A stretch of 18,835 bases of DNA, taken from assembly GCA_034722955.1 (NCBI GenBank), contig JAYEOM010000005.1, positions 1 through 18,835 of the forward strand. Direction: 5' to 3'. The position numbers were made by a program, and so were the translations under genes. Under the pieces are notes generated by a model, which searched no databases, had not been told where the DNA came from, and was given only the letters and a program-made list of their open reading frames with translations. Source of the stretch: Campylobacterota bacterium. GTDB taxonomy: Bacteria > Campylobacterota > Campylobacteria > Campylobacterales > Sulfurovaceae. Below, piece after piece: positions 7,421 to 16,604 of the stretch. Positions within the stretch are counted from its first letter, which is position 1; each line of letters opens with the position of its first letter.

Positions 7421-9328
7421 TTAACCTATTACCGATGAGATTGCTGCTGCAACCAGTAATGCCAATAAACCTACACTCATCCAATTCAAATAGTTGGATA
7501 GGTTACCTGTATTCATTTTTCTCGTATAATCACCACCTCTGTAGAAGAGGTTGGCAATACCATCAACTGTAGCATCGACAATTTTCATATCAACCGATTT
7601 CCACATCATTTGAGATAGTAGGTAGTATGGCTTAGAGATAAACTCTGCATAAAATTGTGGAATATAGTATTGATTCTTCAAGAGTTTAAAGGCAAAGCTG
7701 TTTTCAACTTTCTCATCTCTTTTAAGTCCTTTACCATATTTTTTCCAAGCTAAAACAATACCACCAACTGCAAATATAAGTACCAATGCACCTAGATAAA
7801 TCGCTAAGTGATGCGTATGATCACTCATTACATAGTCTGGCATAACCGTTGAACTTGTAACGAATTCTTGAAATGACCCTCTAAAGAATCCAGCGATAAT
7901 CGCCAAAAGTGCCAATGGAGACATAGCAATAAGTACAAACTTGTACATCTCATGCGGATGAATATCAAATGCTTTATATCTCTCATCACCATCAAATGTC
8001 AAGAATACTTGTCTAAAGCTATAGAATGCTGTCATACCAGCTGTTACTACAAGCATCGCCCATAAAAAGAGTGTACCTTCGTTGAACGCTGTCTCAATAA
8101 TCGCATCCTTAGAGAAGAAGCCTGCAAATGGAGGAATACCTGCCAAAGCGATAGAGGCGATACCCATATAGAGATAAGTTCCTCTCATCACCTTTTTAAG
8201 TCCACCCATCTTGAAGATATCAAGCTCATCATGCATAGCATGCATAACATTACCAGCACCCAAAAAGAGTAACGCTTTAAAGAATGCGTGAGCTGCAAGG
8301 TGGAATAGTGCTATCCAATAAGCACCAAGTCCAGCTGCTGCAAACATATACCCTAACTGTGAAAGTGTAGAGTACGCAATAATTCTTTTAAGGTCTCGCT
8401 CAACTAAAGCCATAGATGCCGCAAAGAATGCTACAAATGTACCAAGAGCTGCAATAAAGAAGCTAACATCAGAAACTTCAGGCATAGAGTAGAGTGGATT
8501 GGCACGAATCACGAGGAAGACCCCCGCTGTTACCATAGTAGCTGCGTGAATCAGTGCAGAGACTGGTGTAGGACCCTCCATGGCATCTGTAAGCCAAGTG
8601 TGTAGTGGAAACTGTGCTGATTTACCCATAGCACCAATAAATAGTGCCAAAGCAGCGATAGTCAAAACAGTCTCATCAAGATTTGGCAGTGCTGCAAAAA
8701 CTACATCATACTGAAGTGAACCTGTATTCCAATAGAGAACAAAGATACCGATCAACATAGCAAGATCAGCAATACGGTTTACAATAAATGCTTCATTTGC
8801 TGCCCAAGATGGAGAGATGGATGGATTGACATCCGGAGACTCATCTTTTTTGTGATACCAAAAACCGATAAGCAACCAAGAACAGACACCAACGCCTTCC
8901 CAGCCGATAAATAGCCCAACAAAGTTATCACTCATAACTAGTACCATCATCGAGAAGACAAATGCTGATAGGTATGAGAAGAATCTGTTGAAACTCTTGT
9001 CGTGATCCATATAGCCTATAGAGTAGACATGAACAACTGTTGATACCAAAGTAACAACAACCATCATAGTAACACTAATATGATCAACAACAAATCCAAA
9101 AGGAATTGCCAAATCACCTGCACTAATCCAATCCATCATCGTCACATGAATACCGTGACCTGTCTGAACAACATAAGCTGCAAGAATAGCAGATGCTATA
9201 AATGAGGTAGCTAATAGAAGTGAAGCAATCACCCCTACAAAAGTCTTTCTAGGACTCATCCCAAAAAGAGCAGAAAAGAGAGAACCCACTAACGGTGCAA
9301 AAAGTGCAATATATACAAACTTTTCCAT
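7421..9328 (-). CDS. nuoL: NADH-quinone oxidoreductase subunit L
   Basis: 635 aa with FIGWEGVG, GKSAQFPLHTWLTDAMEGPTPVSALIHAATMV, AYSTLSQLGYM, HAFFKALLFL and a C-terminal transverse-helix region. Confidence 0.97.
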   Translation of the reverse strand: MEKFVYIALFAPLVGSLFSALFGMSPRKTFVGVIASLLLATSFIASAILAAYVVQTGHGIHVTMMDWISAGDLAIPFGFVVDHISVTMMVVVTLVSTVVHVYSIGYMDHDKSFNRFFSYLSAFVFSMMVLVMSDNFVGLFIGWEGVGVCSWLLIGFWYHKKDESPDVNPSISPSWAANEAFIVNRIADLAMLIGIFVLYWNTGSLQYDVVFAALPNLDETVLTIAALALFIGAMGKSAQFPLHTWLTDAMEGPTPVSALIHAATMVTAGVFLVIRANPLYSMPEVSDVSFFIAALGTFVAFFAASMALVERDLKRIIAYSTLSQLGYMFAAAGLGAYWIALFHLAAHAFFKALLFLGAGNVMHAMHDELDIFKMGGLKKVMRGTYLYMGIASIALAGIPPFAGFFSKDAIIETAFNEGTLFLWAMLVVTAGMTAFYSFRQVFLTFDGDERYKAFDIHPHEMYKFVLIAMSPLALLAIIAGFFRGSFQEFVTSSTVMPDYVMSDHTHHLAIYLGALVLIFAVGGIVLAWKKYGKGLKRDEKVENSFAFKLLKNQYYIPQFYAEFISKPYYLLSQMMWKSVDMKIVDATVDGIANLFYRGGDYTRKMNTGNLSNYLNWMSVGLLALLVAAAISSVIG

Positions 9329-9330
9329 TA

Positions 9331-9633
9331 CTACCCTTTCATTGACGCTAGATCATCGAGATCCAGTGTTCCGTGTTTTTTATAGAGGACGATCAAAAGT
9401 CCTAAGCCTACGGCAACTTCACTTGCTGCTACAGCGATAATAAAGAAAGCAAACATTTGCCCTGTTAAATCACCATAAAAGTGTGAAGCAGCAGCAAATG
9501 CGATATTTGCAGCATTTAACATTATCTCTGTTGCAAAAAATAGCATCAAAAGATTTTTTCTTCTCACTACGCCAACAAGACCGATCGCAAAAAGCAATCC
9601 TGACAGTATGAGATAGTCATTTAGTTCTATCAT
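9331..9633 (-). CDS. nuoK: NADH-quinone oxidoreductase subunit K
   Basis: 100 aa, three TM helices, with RRKN, EIMLNA and AASEVAVGL. Confidence 0.96.
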   Translation of the reverse strand: MIELNDYLILSGLLFAIGLVGVVRRKNLLMLFFATEIMLNAANIAFAAASHFYGDLTGQMFAFFIIAVAASEVAVGLGLLIVLYKKHGTLDLDDLASMKG

Positions 9634-10196
9634 TTTTCATCCTCCTGCGAAATAACTTTTGGCATCTCTGTATCATCATCTGTTGTAAGACTCTGATCCA
9701 TCTTTTTCCCTGCCAAGATAATCCCTGCAATCATTGCTACCAATAGCATCAGTGCCGCTACTTCAAACGGAACAAGGTATTTTGTGAAAAGTACCATACC
9801 TACTGCTTGAGCATTGCCTACACCCTCAAGAGTAGGAAAGATTGCTTGAATATTGTCACTCATTATCGGTGCAGAGAAGATTATGACTAGCAATAGTGCT
9901 ATTGAACCTCCAAGCAGGAAGATGAGAGTGGCATTTGGATTTTTCTCTTTGATATCTTTGCTGGCATCAAAGAACATCATAGCAAAGGCATAGAGTGCCA
10001 TAACAGCACCAACATAGACGATCAACTGTACCGCTCCCAAGAAATCTGCTCCTAGTAGGAAGAAAAACCCTGAGATCAATACCATCCCTGCAGCTAGTGC
10101 AGTCATAGCGTACAATACATTATTGCTTAGAACTGTGACTAAAAAGAGTCCTATAGTTAAGCCTGAAAATAGATAAAAAGCTATTTGTTCATACAT
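9630..10196 (-). CDS. nuoJ: NADH-quinone oxidoreductase subunit J
   Basis: 188 aa with ADFLGAVQLIVYVGAV and LFTKYLVPFEVAALMLLVAMIAGI. ATGA overlap with nuoK. Confidence 0.95.
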   Translation of the reverse strand: MYEQIAFYLFSGLTIGLFLVTVLSNNVLYAMTALAAGMVLISGFFFLLGADFLGAVQLIVYVGAVMALYAFAMMFFDASKDIKEKNPNATLIFLLGGSIALLLVIIFSAPIMSDNIQAIFPTLEGVGNAQAVGMVLFTKYLVPFEVAALMLLVAMIAGIILAGKKMDQSLTTDDDTEMPKVISQEDEK

Positions 10197-10207
10197 CCTC
10201 TCTCCTT

Positions 10208-10831
10208 TTAGTACGCGAGTGGCGTTTTTTTGATATTTGCATCAGCATTTGGCGTAACCGCACCAAATCCATCATACTCTTGTTGTTGCTTGAGTGCATC
10301 AATCGGAGTTAGCATATCTTCAAAAAGTGAAAAGCTAGCTCTCTGCTCTGATGCAGTCTCATAGCGTGGACCATGTACGATAGCCAACTCTGGACACACT
10401 TCAGCACAATATCCGCAAAAGATGCATCGTCCAAAGTTGATCGTATACTCAGTGACCTCTTTTCTCTGGTTATCATCATATCTTGTATCCATCTTGATAC
10501 AGTCTGAGATACAGATCTTTTCACAGAGACCACAACCGATACAGCGATAGTGTCCACTCTCAAGAAGTCTCAACATATCATGAATAGCTCTATACCTTGG
10601 AGAGATAGGTAACTTTTCAAATGGGTATTTGATAGTAGCCATCTCTCCTCTGAATAGTGCATTGATCATCTCTCTCATAGTGACATAAAGACCAACGAAT
10701 AGTTCACCTTTGAATGTACGCTTGACAACTCGTTCAAATCTACCCAAACCACTCTTGGGGCTTGGTTCGAAATCGACCATTACATAAGGCTGATTTCCTA
10801 CATTTCTGTTTTTAAATTGCTCTAAACTCAT
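10208..10831 (-). CDS. nuoI: NADH-quinone oxidoreductase subunit I (2x[4Fe-4S])
   Basis: TIKYPFEK..SPRYRA and two ferredoxin motifs, CIGCGLCEKIC and CIFCGYCAEVCP. Confidence 0.96.
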   Translation of the reverse strand: MSLEQFKNRNVGNQPYVMVDFEPSPKSGLGRFERVVKRTFKGELFVGLYVTMREMINALFRGEMATIKYPFEKLPISPRYRAIHDMLRLLESGHYRCIGCGLCEKICISDCIKMDTRYDDNQRKEVTEYTINFGRCIFCGYCAEVCPELAIVHGPRYETASEQRASFSLFEDMLTPIDALKQQQEYDGFGAVTPNADANIKKTPLAY

Positions 10832-10840
10832 CTCTACTCC

Positions 10841-11869
10841 TTACACCATCATCACTAAGCCGGTGATAACAATATTTATGACGGCTAACGGCATCAATAC
10901 CTTCCAACAAAGCCACATCAATTGATCGGGTCTGATATGAGGCCAAGAGGCTCTTACCCACAACATCAAGAAGAAGACAAATGATATCTTCAATATTATC
11001 ATAAACCATCCTGCAATAAATCCAAGATCGTTATATCCACCCATGAACATAACAGCAGCCAAAACAGATACTGTAATCATATTGGCATACTCTCCGATAA
11101 AGAACATACCCCAACGCATACCAGAGTACTCAGTTGCATATCCGGATATAATCTCTGCCTCATGCTCAAGGAGATCAAACGGTGTTCTGTTTGTTTCAGC
11201 AAAGCCTGCAATCAGGAAGAGTATAAAAGCTACAGGTTGCTGCCACATCATCCAGGAGCTAAATCCACCTGTCTGATAGTTATTGAAGTCAACCAATGAT
11301 AGAGAGCCTACCAACATGATAGGTGCCAAGATCGAGAGTCCCGTAACCACCTCATAACTGAGAAACTGGATCGCTGTTCTTGCTGAACCTATAATTCCCC
11401 ATTTGTTTGCTTGTGCCATACCTGCCAACAGGGGACCATAAAGTCCTGCTGCCATCATACCAAGGACAAAGAGTACACCGATATTTATATCAGCGGCTAT
11501 TGAGGGTACAAAGGTGCCACCAAGAAGTGGTATCCACTCAGGTATAGTAAAGTCAGGGAAGACCGGAACAGCTGCCAATGCTATAAATGCAGTCGCCGCT
11601 GTAATAATAGGGGCTACCATAAATATAAGCCTATTGGCATGTTGCGGAATGATATCCTCTTTTGTAAAGAGTTTGATACCATCTGCTGCAATCTGCAGTA
11701 GACCATAAGGACCTACATGCATAGGACCTAGTCTTCGCTGCATAAATGCCAAAACTTTCCGTTCAATAAATGTACCAAATCCCGCTAGTGCCGAGACAAT
11801 TGCCAAGATAATGATCGCTTTTATGACCACTCCGGCACTGGTTACTTCAGGTAATACTGCTGCTTCCAT
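10841..11869 (-). CDS. nuoH: NADH-quinone oxidoreductase subunit H
   Basis: ERKVLAFMQRRLGP, QIAADGIKLFTKED, SYEV, AETNRTPFDL.E.EAE...GY.TEYSG and RPDQLM. Confidence 0.97.
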   Translation of the reverse strand: MEAAVLPEVTSAGVVIKAIIILAIVSALAGFGTFIERKVLAFMQRRLGPMHVGPYGLLQIAADGIKLFTKEDIIPQHANRLIFMVAPIITAATAFIALAAVPVFPDFTIPEWIPLLGGTFVPSIAADINIGVLFVLGMMAAGLYGPLLAGMAQANKWGIIGSARTAIQFLSYEVVTGLSILAPIMLVGSLSLVDFNNYQTGGFSSWMMWQQPVAFILFLIAGFAETNRTPFDLLEHEAEIISGYATEYSGMRWGMFFIGEYANMITVSVLAAVMFMGGYNDLGFIAGWFMIILKISFVFFLMLWVRASWPHIRPDQLMWLCWKVLMPLAVINIVITGLVMMV

Positions 11870-11871
11870 AT

Positions 11872-14328
11872 TTACACCTTTCTAATTGTTACATTTTTAA
11901 ATCTATCTCTGCCAAAGAGAGTATAGACACTGTCTGCACTTTTGAAATCAGGAACCTTGACAATGTCACCTTCCATTCTCTCATCTGCTACTACACTTAG
12001 CACCATCGTCTCCCCACCGAAATCAACCTCTACCTTCTCTCCAAGTGCTTCAGCTTTTGCTACACTTGCATAGATGGAGAAGCTCTCGAAGATTTGATGT
12101 GCTTTATCAGTAAAATCATTAAACTGTCTCTGTGGGTTGCATCGATAAGCTATTTCACCTTCAAGAGCAATACTCTCATCAAACCGTTTTGGTAAATTAT
12201 GAGCTGCTCGTTTACCTAAGTTTCTAAGAGGATAGCCTCTATTCTCTTCACCGCTGTTGGTATATCCATTAGGAAGATCATCAAACTCTATAGATTGGAA
12301 ACCTCTCTTATCTCCAAGCATGGCCGTCCACTGTATAGTCAACTCTCTGCCTAGCTTAAACTCTTTCATCAAGTCATTGAGTTCATACCCTTTGTACTCC
12401 AATGCAGCATTGGTAGGAGTTACGCGTTTGTTCATATTGGTGAGCGTACCCTCCTGCTGGTTCATAGCTGGCATATCAAGATCACCATCTCCCAAAGCAC
12501 TAAGTTTAAAGTCACCATTTTCATTGTAGCCTACCGTATACCCCTCTGCCTGCTCATCAAGATCACATATCAAAGCAACACCGAGTGAGTTTGTTTTTGG
12601 CGGAATCATAGCAACTTTCATACTACAGCTACTCTCAATCAATGAGACCAGCAGTGCCAAGTTTTCTGCTTTTGGATGGAAGTATAGATCTTCTCCGACG
12701 ATAAGAGAGAAGCTCTCTTTCTTCTTCATCATCTTTTCAAATGCAGCAGCGAAGTTTGTACTGCCGCCTAGCAGTTCTATTAGTGCATTTTCATCAACTT
12801 CGATCTCTTTTTCGACCATCTTAGGTACTTTTTTTGTAACTGTTTTCTCTTCGCCTGTCTCTGCATCAACTACTGTCTCTGTAACACTCTCCATAACCTT
12901 CTCTTTGACAACCTTCGTTCCCTTTGTATGAAAAGAGTCAATGTAAGCAACTGTATCTTCTGAAAGCTTCTCTCTATCTGCGAAGAGATCTAGTATGAGA
13001 TAGAGTGCCGCCTCTTCGAGACCGGGCTTATGGACAAAAGACTCTACGCTCTTGCCAAGATCTGTGATAACTGTGTCGGAGATTGGATGGAAATAGAGTC
13101 CTGCACCTTTATTCATCTTCTGTATATTGTTGAATGCATAACGAGCATTTGGATTGTCATTACGCAATGCAGCACCTACACTGATGACAAAGTCTGTCTT
13201 CATCACCTCCTTGAAGTCACTTCCGTAGAGCAGTTTTCCAGCAGGTTTGCCATAAGCTTTTAGGAATTTTTGGAAAGCAAATGCATCATCATTTACCAAT
13301 TTTACATCAAGCTTCTCTTTAAGTCTCTGAAGCATCAACGCCTCTTCATTACTGATAACAGAGTTGAACCTGATACTGTCTGCTTTCTTCAGTGCCTCTA
13401 CTGCTCTGCCGAATGCTTCACTATCTTTGGCTGCAACTCTATTTTCAAAGTCATAACCAAAACGACCAGAACCGCATAGTGAAACATAATTCCACTCATT
13501 TGTCACACGATAGATCTTTTCGGTAGAGTCCTCTATAGATGTCGGTTTAGTCTCATAATAGATTTGGCATCCGCTACTACAGTGTGCACAGGTTGCCGGT
13601 ACTCTTGTAAGATCCCAAGCATTGGTAGTGTAGACAAAGTCACGACTCACCAATGCCCCAACTGGACAAACAGCGATACACTCACCACAGTCACTACAGT
13701 TAGTTTCGCCTGTACCATTGCTAGGAACGATAACAGACTTTTGGAGTTTGTTCCACATAGCATAAGCATCTTTAGGCATCGTATCCTTAAGACCTTTATC
13801 TAGTGCTGCTCCACCTCTTGGACCTGTTTTGATCGCAGCATCTCCGATCATATCTTTACAGACTGTTGTACATCGTTCACACACGATACATAACCCTGGG
13901 TCATAGTGCAGAACACTACTCCAGTTTGTCGACTCTCTTTTGGTGTCAGGGATCATGTAGCTTTGCGAATCTACACCCATCTCTAGTGTATAGTTTTGCA
14001 ATTCACACTCACCACTCTGGTCGCAAACACCACACTGAAGCGGATGGTTGACATCATATACTTCCATAATAGCACGACGCTCTTCGAGAATCTCTTCAGT
14101 TGCAGTGGTGACATCCATGCCATCTTTTGCCTTAGCATTACATGCATATACCTTCTTGCCATCTGCCTCTACAAGACAGATACGGCAAGCTAGTGTTGGC
14201 GAACATCGGGCAAGGTAGCAGATAGCAGGAATAAATATATCATTTGCACGGGCAGCATTGAGAATATATTCACCCTCTTGGGTCTTATATTCAACACCAT
14301 CAATTTTGATTGTAATTTCGTTACTCAT
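11872..14328 (-). CDS. nuoG: NADH-quinone oxidoreductase subunit G, paralogue 2 (Campylobacter/Helicobacter-type)
   Basis: 818 aa. [2Fe-2S] motif IPAIC..ACRIC..AC; His-ligated NHPLQCGVCDQSGECELQ; CIVCERCTTVC and CSDCGECIAVCP; N7-type CAHCSSGC...C; degenerate molybdopterin-oxidoreductase-like C-terminal body. Confidence 0.92.
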   Translation of the reverse strand: MSNEITIKIDGVEYKTQEGEYILNAARANDIFIPAICYLARCSPTLACRICLVEADGKKVYACNAKAKDGMDVTTATEEILEERRAIMEVYDVNHPLQCGVCDQSGECELQNYTLEMGVDSQSYMIPDTKRESTNWSSVLHYDPGLCIVCERCTTVCKDMIGDAAIKTGPRGGAALDKGLKDTMPKDAYAMWNKLQKSVIVPSNGTGETNCSDCGECIAVCPVGALVSRDFVYTTNAWDLTRVPATCAHCSSGCQIYYETKPTSIEDSTEKIYRVTNEWNYVSLCGSGRFGYDFENRVAAKDSEAFGRAVEALKKADSIRFNSVISNEEALMLQRLKEKLDVKLVNDDAFAFQKFLKAYGKPAGKLLYGSDFKEVMKTDFVISVGAALRNDNPNARYAFNNIQKMNKGAGLYFHPISDTVITDLGKSVESFVHKPGLEEAALYLILDLFADREKLSEDTVAYIDSFHTKGTKVVKEKVMESVTETVVDAETGEEKTVTKKVPKMVEKEIEVDENALIELLGGSTNFAAAFEKMMKKKESFSLIVGEDLYFHPKAENLALLVSLIESSCSMKVAMIPPKTNSLGVALICDLDEQAEGYTVGYNENGDFKLSALGDGDLDMPAMNQQEGTLTNMNKRVTPTNAALEYKGYELNDLMKEFKLGRELTIQWTAMLGDKRGFQSIEFDDLPNGYTNSGEENRGYPLRNLGKRAAHNLPKRFDESIALEGEIAYRCNPQRQFNDFTDKAHQIFESFSIYASVAKAEALGEKVEVDFGGETMVLSVVADERMEGDIVKVPDFKSADSVYTLFGRDRFKNVTIRKV

Positions 14329-14329
14329 C

Positions 14330-16603
14330 TTAACTGTCCATTTTTTCTAATTTGGGTTGACTAAATCTGTAATAGGATACCGAAGCACTACTTAAGCCCA
14401 TATCGAAAGTGGGGTTAATCGCAACAGTTCCTTTCATCAATGTGTCAATCGTAAACACCCTTTGGTACTCAATACCATCAAGTATAAATTTTACTCTATC
14501 ACCTTCATTGAGTTTGGCGACTGTAGCAAACTGTGCTGAACCTCTCAATTTGGCATCGCTTTTCAACTGTTTTGTTCTGTTTGTGAAGGCTGAAAATTGA
14601 TTGCCTTCATTGCTCTGGTATAATACTATACCATCATATGTCGGCAGTGTAGAGATTGCATCAGGCTCTCCATCTTTTTGAGTTGCTCTCTCTGCAAGAA
14701 GATATCCGCGATGCTCCTCTCCCTGAATATCATAATAGTCCGGTAACTTATCAAACTCTACATTTTCAAAGCCTTTATCACTTGGCAGATACTCTGTATA
14801 GCCGATTGTATACCTCTCTTTGAGCCCTAGTGCATTCATGATATCATTGAGAACATATCCTCCATAAGGCAGAGCGACATGAGTTGGTACTACACGCTTA
14901 TCTAGAGAGGTAAATGTCCCCTCTTGTTGATTGAGTGCAGGCATATCCAAATCACCATCACCTAGTGAACTCAAGATAAAGTCTCCTGAAGTATTGTAGC
15001 CTATGGTGTATCCTGTAGCCTCTTTATCAAGGTCGCAAATCAATGAGACACCCAATGCATTAGTAGCAGGAGGAGTCACCAAAACATCAAAGTCTGAATA
15101 TAGCTCTATCAAACCCAATAGTTTTGCAATATTTTCTGCCTTTGGATGATGATATAGATCGGCACCAACAACAAGTGTAAAGCCTGACTTTTTCAGAAGA
15201 GACTTTGCAAGAGTATCAAACTCCTCCTCACCGATATTGCTCTCTGCACTTAGATTTCCAACATCCAAGTCATTCAGGTAGTTGCTTATCTGGATAGGTA
15301 TATCTCTACCCTCAAGTAGTGTTTTTGCCAAGAGTGCTGCAACACCCTCTTCGCTACCCACTTCATACTTCATAAACTGTGTTACAATATTTTGGATGGA
15401 GGTATCTTCTATAGGATGCATATAAGCGACACGAGCCCTATGTCTCTTGCTCGCCATATTGAGATGGTATTTAACCATAGGAGCATCATCATTGATCCGT
15501 GTTCCAAAAACTACAACTCCTCTGGATTGACTCAAATTTTCAAGATTGCTTCGATAGAGTGTAGCTCCTGTCACAGAGCTAAAGGCTTGCATAAAACGCT
15601 GATAACCCTCTGCCTCATCACAGACCAGTTTTACACCACTCTTCTCTTTAAATCTCTGGAGGATTAGAGCCTCTTCATTTGTGATAGTTGCGGTAAACTT
15701 GATACTCTCTGCTTGACGAAAAGCATCTAGTGTCTTAGCAAAGGATTCAGGTTCTTTCAATACACCAGAGTTTTCATAATCAAATCCAAATCTACCTGCA
15801 CCGCAAAGTGAACTAAACTCATAGTTATTGGTCACTCTATAGATCTTTGATTCTGGCTCTCCAATCCCTACTGCTTTGACTTCGTAACTCATTTGACATG
15901 CAGCACTACAGTGACTGCAAGATGCAGGGATCTTCTCAAGCTCCCAAGCATTTGTACTATATTTAAAGTCCGTGCTGACTAACGCCCCTACAGGACAGAC
16001 TGCCATACACTCTCCACAGTTACTGCAATCCTCATCAGGCTTGGTATTGATGATCGTAGAGTTATATCCACCTACAGAGATAGCTAGGGCTTCATCACCT
16101 ACTATCTCATTGCAGACATGGACACACTTCTCACACATGATGCAGAGTGCAGGATCATAAGAGATAAACCCCCAGTTTTCTACTGGTCTATGCTGATCTC
16201 TTGCCGTAAAGGACTGTTCGGAGATATCAAACTCCATCGTTTTATTCTGCAGATCACACTCACCGCTTTTGTCACAAACACCACACTCTAAAGGGTGATT
16301 TACATCATAGAGTTTCATAATGTTTTGACGCTGCTTAAAAAGCTCTTCATTATCTGTCGTGATAACTGCACCATCAGTAGCTCTCTCTTGGCATGATAGG
16401 ATCATGCCATCAACACCTTCGACATTGACAACACACATTCTGCATGAAGCTATGGGTTCTACTTTGGTGAGATAACACATAGTTGGGATATAGATATCAT
16501 TTGCACGAGCTACCTGCAAGATCGTTTGACCAAACTCTGCCTGACACTCTCTGCCATCAATAACAACAGTGATGGCTCTGGATTCATTTTTTCTTGCTGT
16601 CAT
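14330..16603 (-). CDS. nuoG: NADH-quinone oxidoreductase subunit G, paralogue 1 (NuoG/SfrA-like partner of the upstream flavoprotein)
   Basis: 757 aa from ATG 16603 (MTARKNES...), 1 nt after the upstream TAG. It has the same Cys motifs: IPTMC..SCRMC..SC, NHPLECGVCDKSGECDLQ, CIMCEKCVHVC, CSNCGECMAVCP and CSHCSAAC...C. The ORF-track start at 16660 overlaps the upstream gene and is unlikely. Confidence 0.88.
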   Translation of the reverse strand: MTARKNESRAITVVIDGRECQAEFGQTILQVARANDIYIPTMCYLTKVEPIASCRMCVVNVEGVDGMILSCQERATDGAVITTDNEELFKQRQNIMKLYDVNHPLECGVCDKSGECDLQNKTMEFDISEQSFTARDQHRPVENWGFISYDPALCIMCEKCVHVCNEIVGDEALAISVGGYNSTIINTKPDEDCSNCGECMAVCPVGALVSTDFKYSTNAWELEKIPASCSHCSAACQMSYEVKAVGIGEPESKIYRVTNNYEFSSLCGAGRFGFDYENSGVLKEPESFAKTLDAFRQAESIKFTATITNEEALILQRFKEKSGVKLVCDEAEGYQRFMQAFSSVTGATLYRSNLENLSQSRGVVVFGTRINDDAPMVKYHLNMASKRHRARVAYMHPIEDTSIQNIVTQFMKYEVGSEEGVAALLAKTLLEGRDIPIQISNYLNDLDVGNLSAESNIGEEEFDTLAKSLLKKSGFTLVVGADLYHHPKAENIAKLLGLIELYSDFDVLVTPPATNALGVSLICDLDKEATGYTIGYNTSGDFILSSLGDGDLDMPALNQQEGTFTSLDKRVVPTHVALPYGGYVLNDIMNALGLKERYTIGYTEYLPSDKGFENVEFDKLPDYYDIQGEEHRGYLLAERATQKDGEPDAISTLPTYDGIVLYQSNEGNQFSAFTNRTKQLKSDAKLRGSAQFATVAKLNEGDRVKFILDGIEYQRVFTIDTLMKGTVAINPTFDMGLSSASVSYYRFSQPKLEKMDS

Positions 16604-16604
16604 G

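Noticed and set aside
3774..11708. Small ORFs nested in or antisense to miaA and nuoN/M/I/H (3774, 4928, 6658, 10309, 10812, 11043, 11514)
   Set aside because: They overlap well-supported genes and have no independent start signals or domain features.
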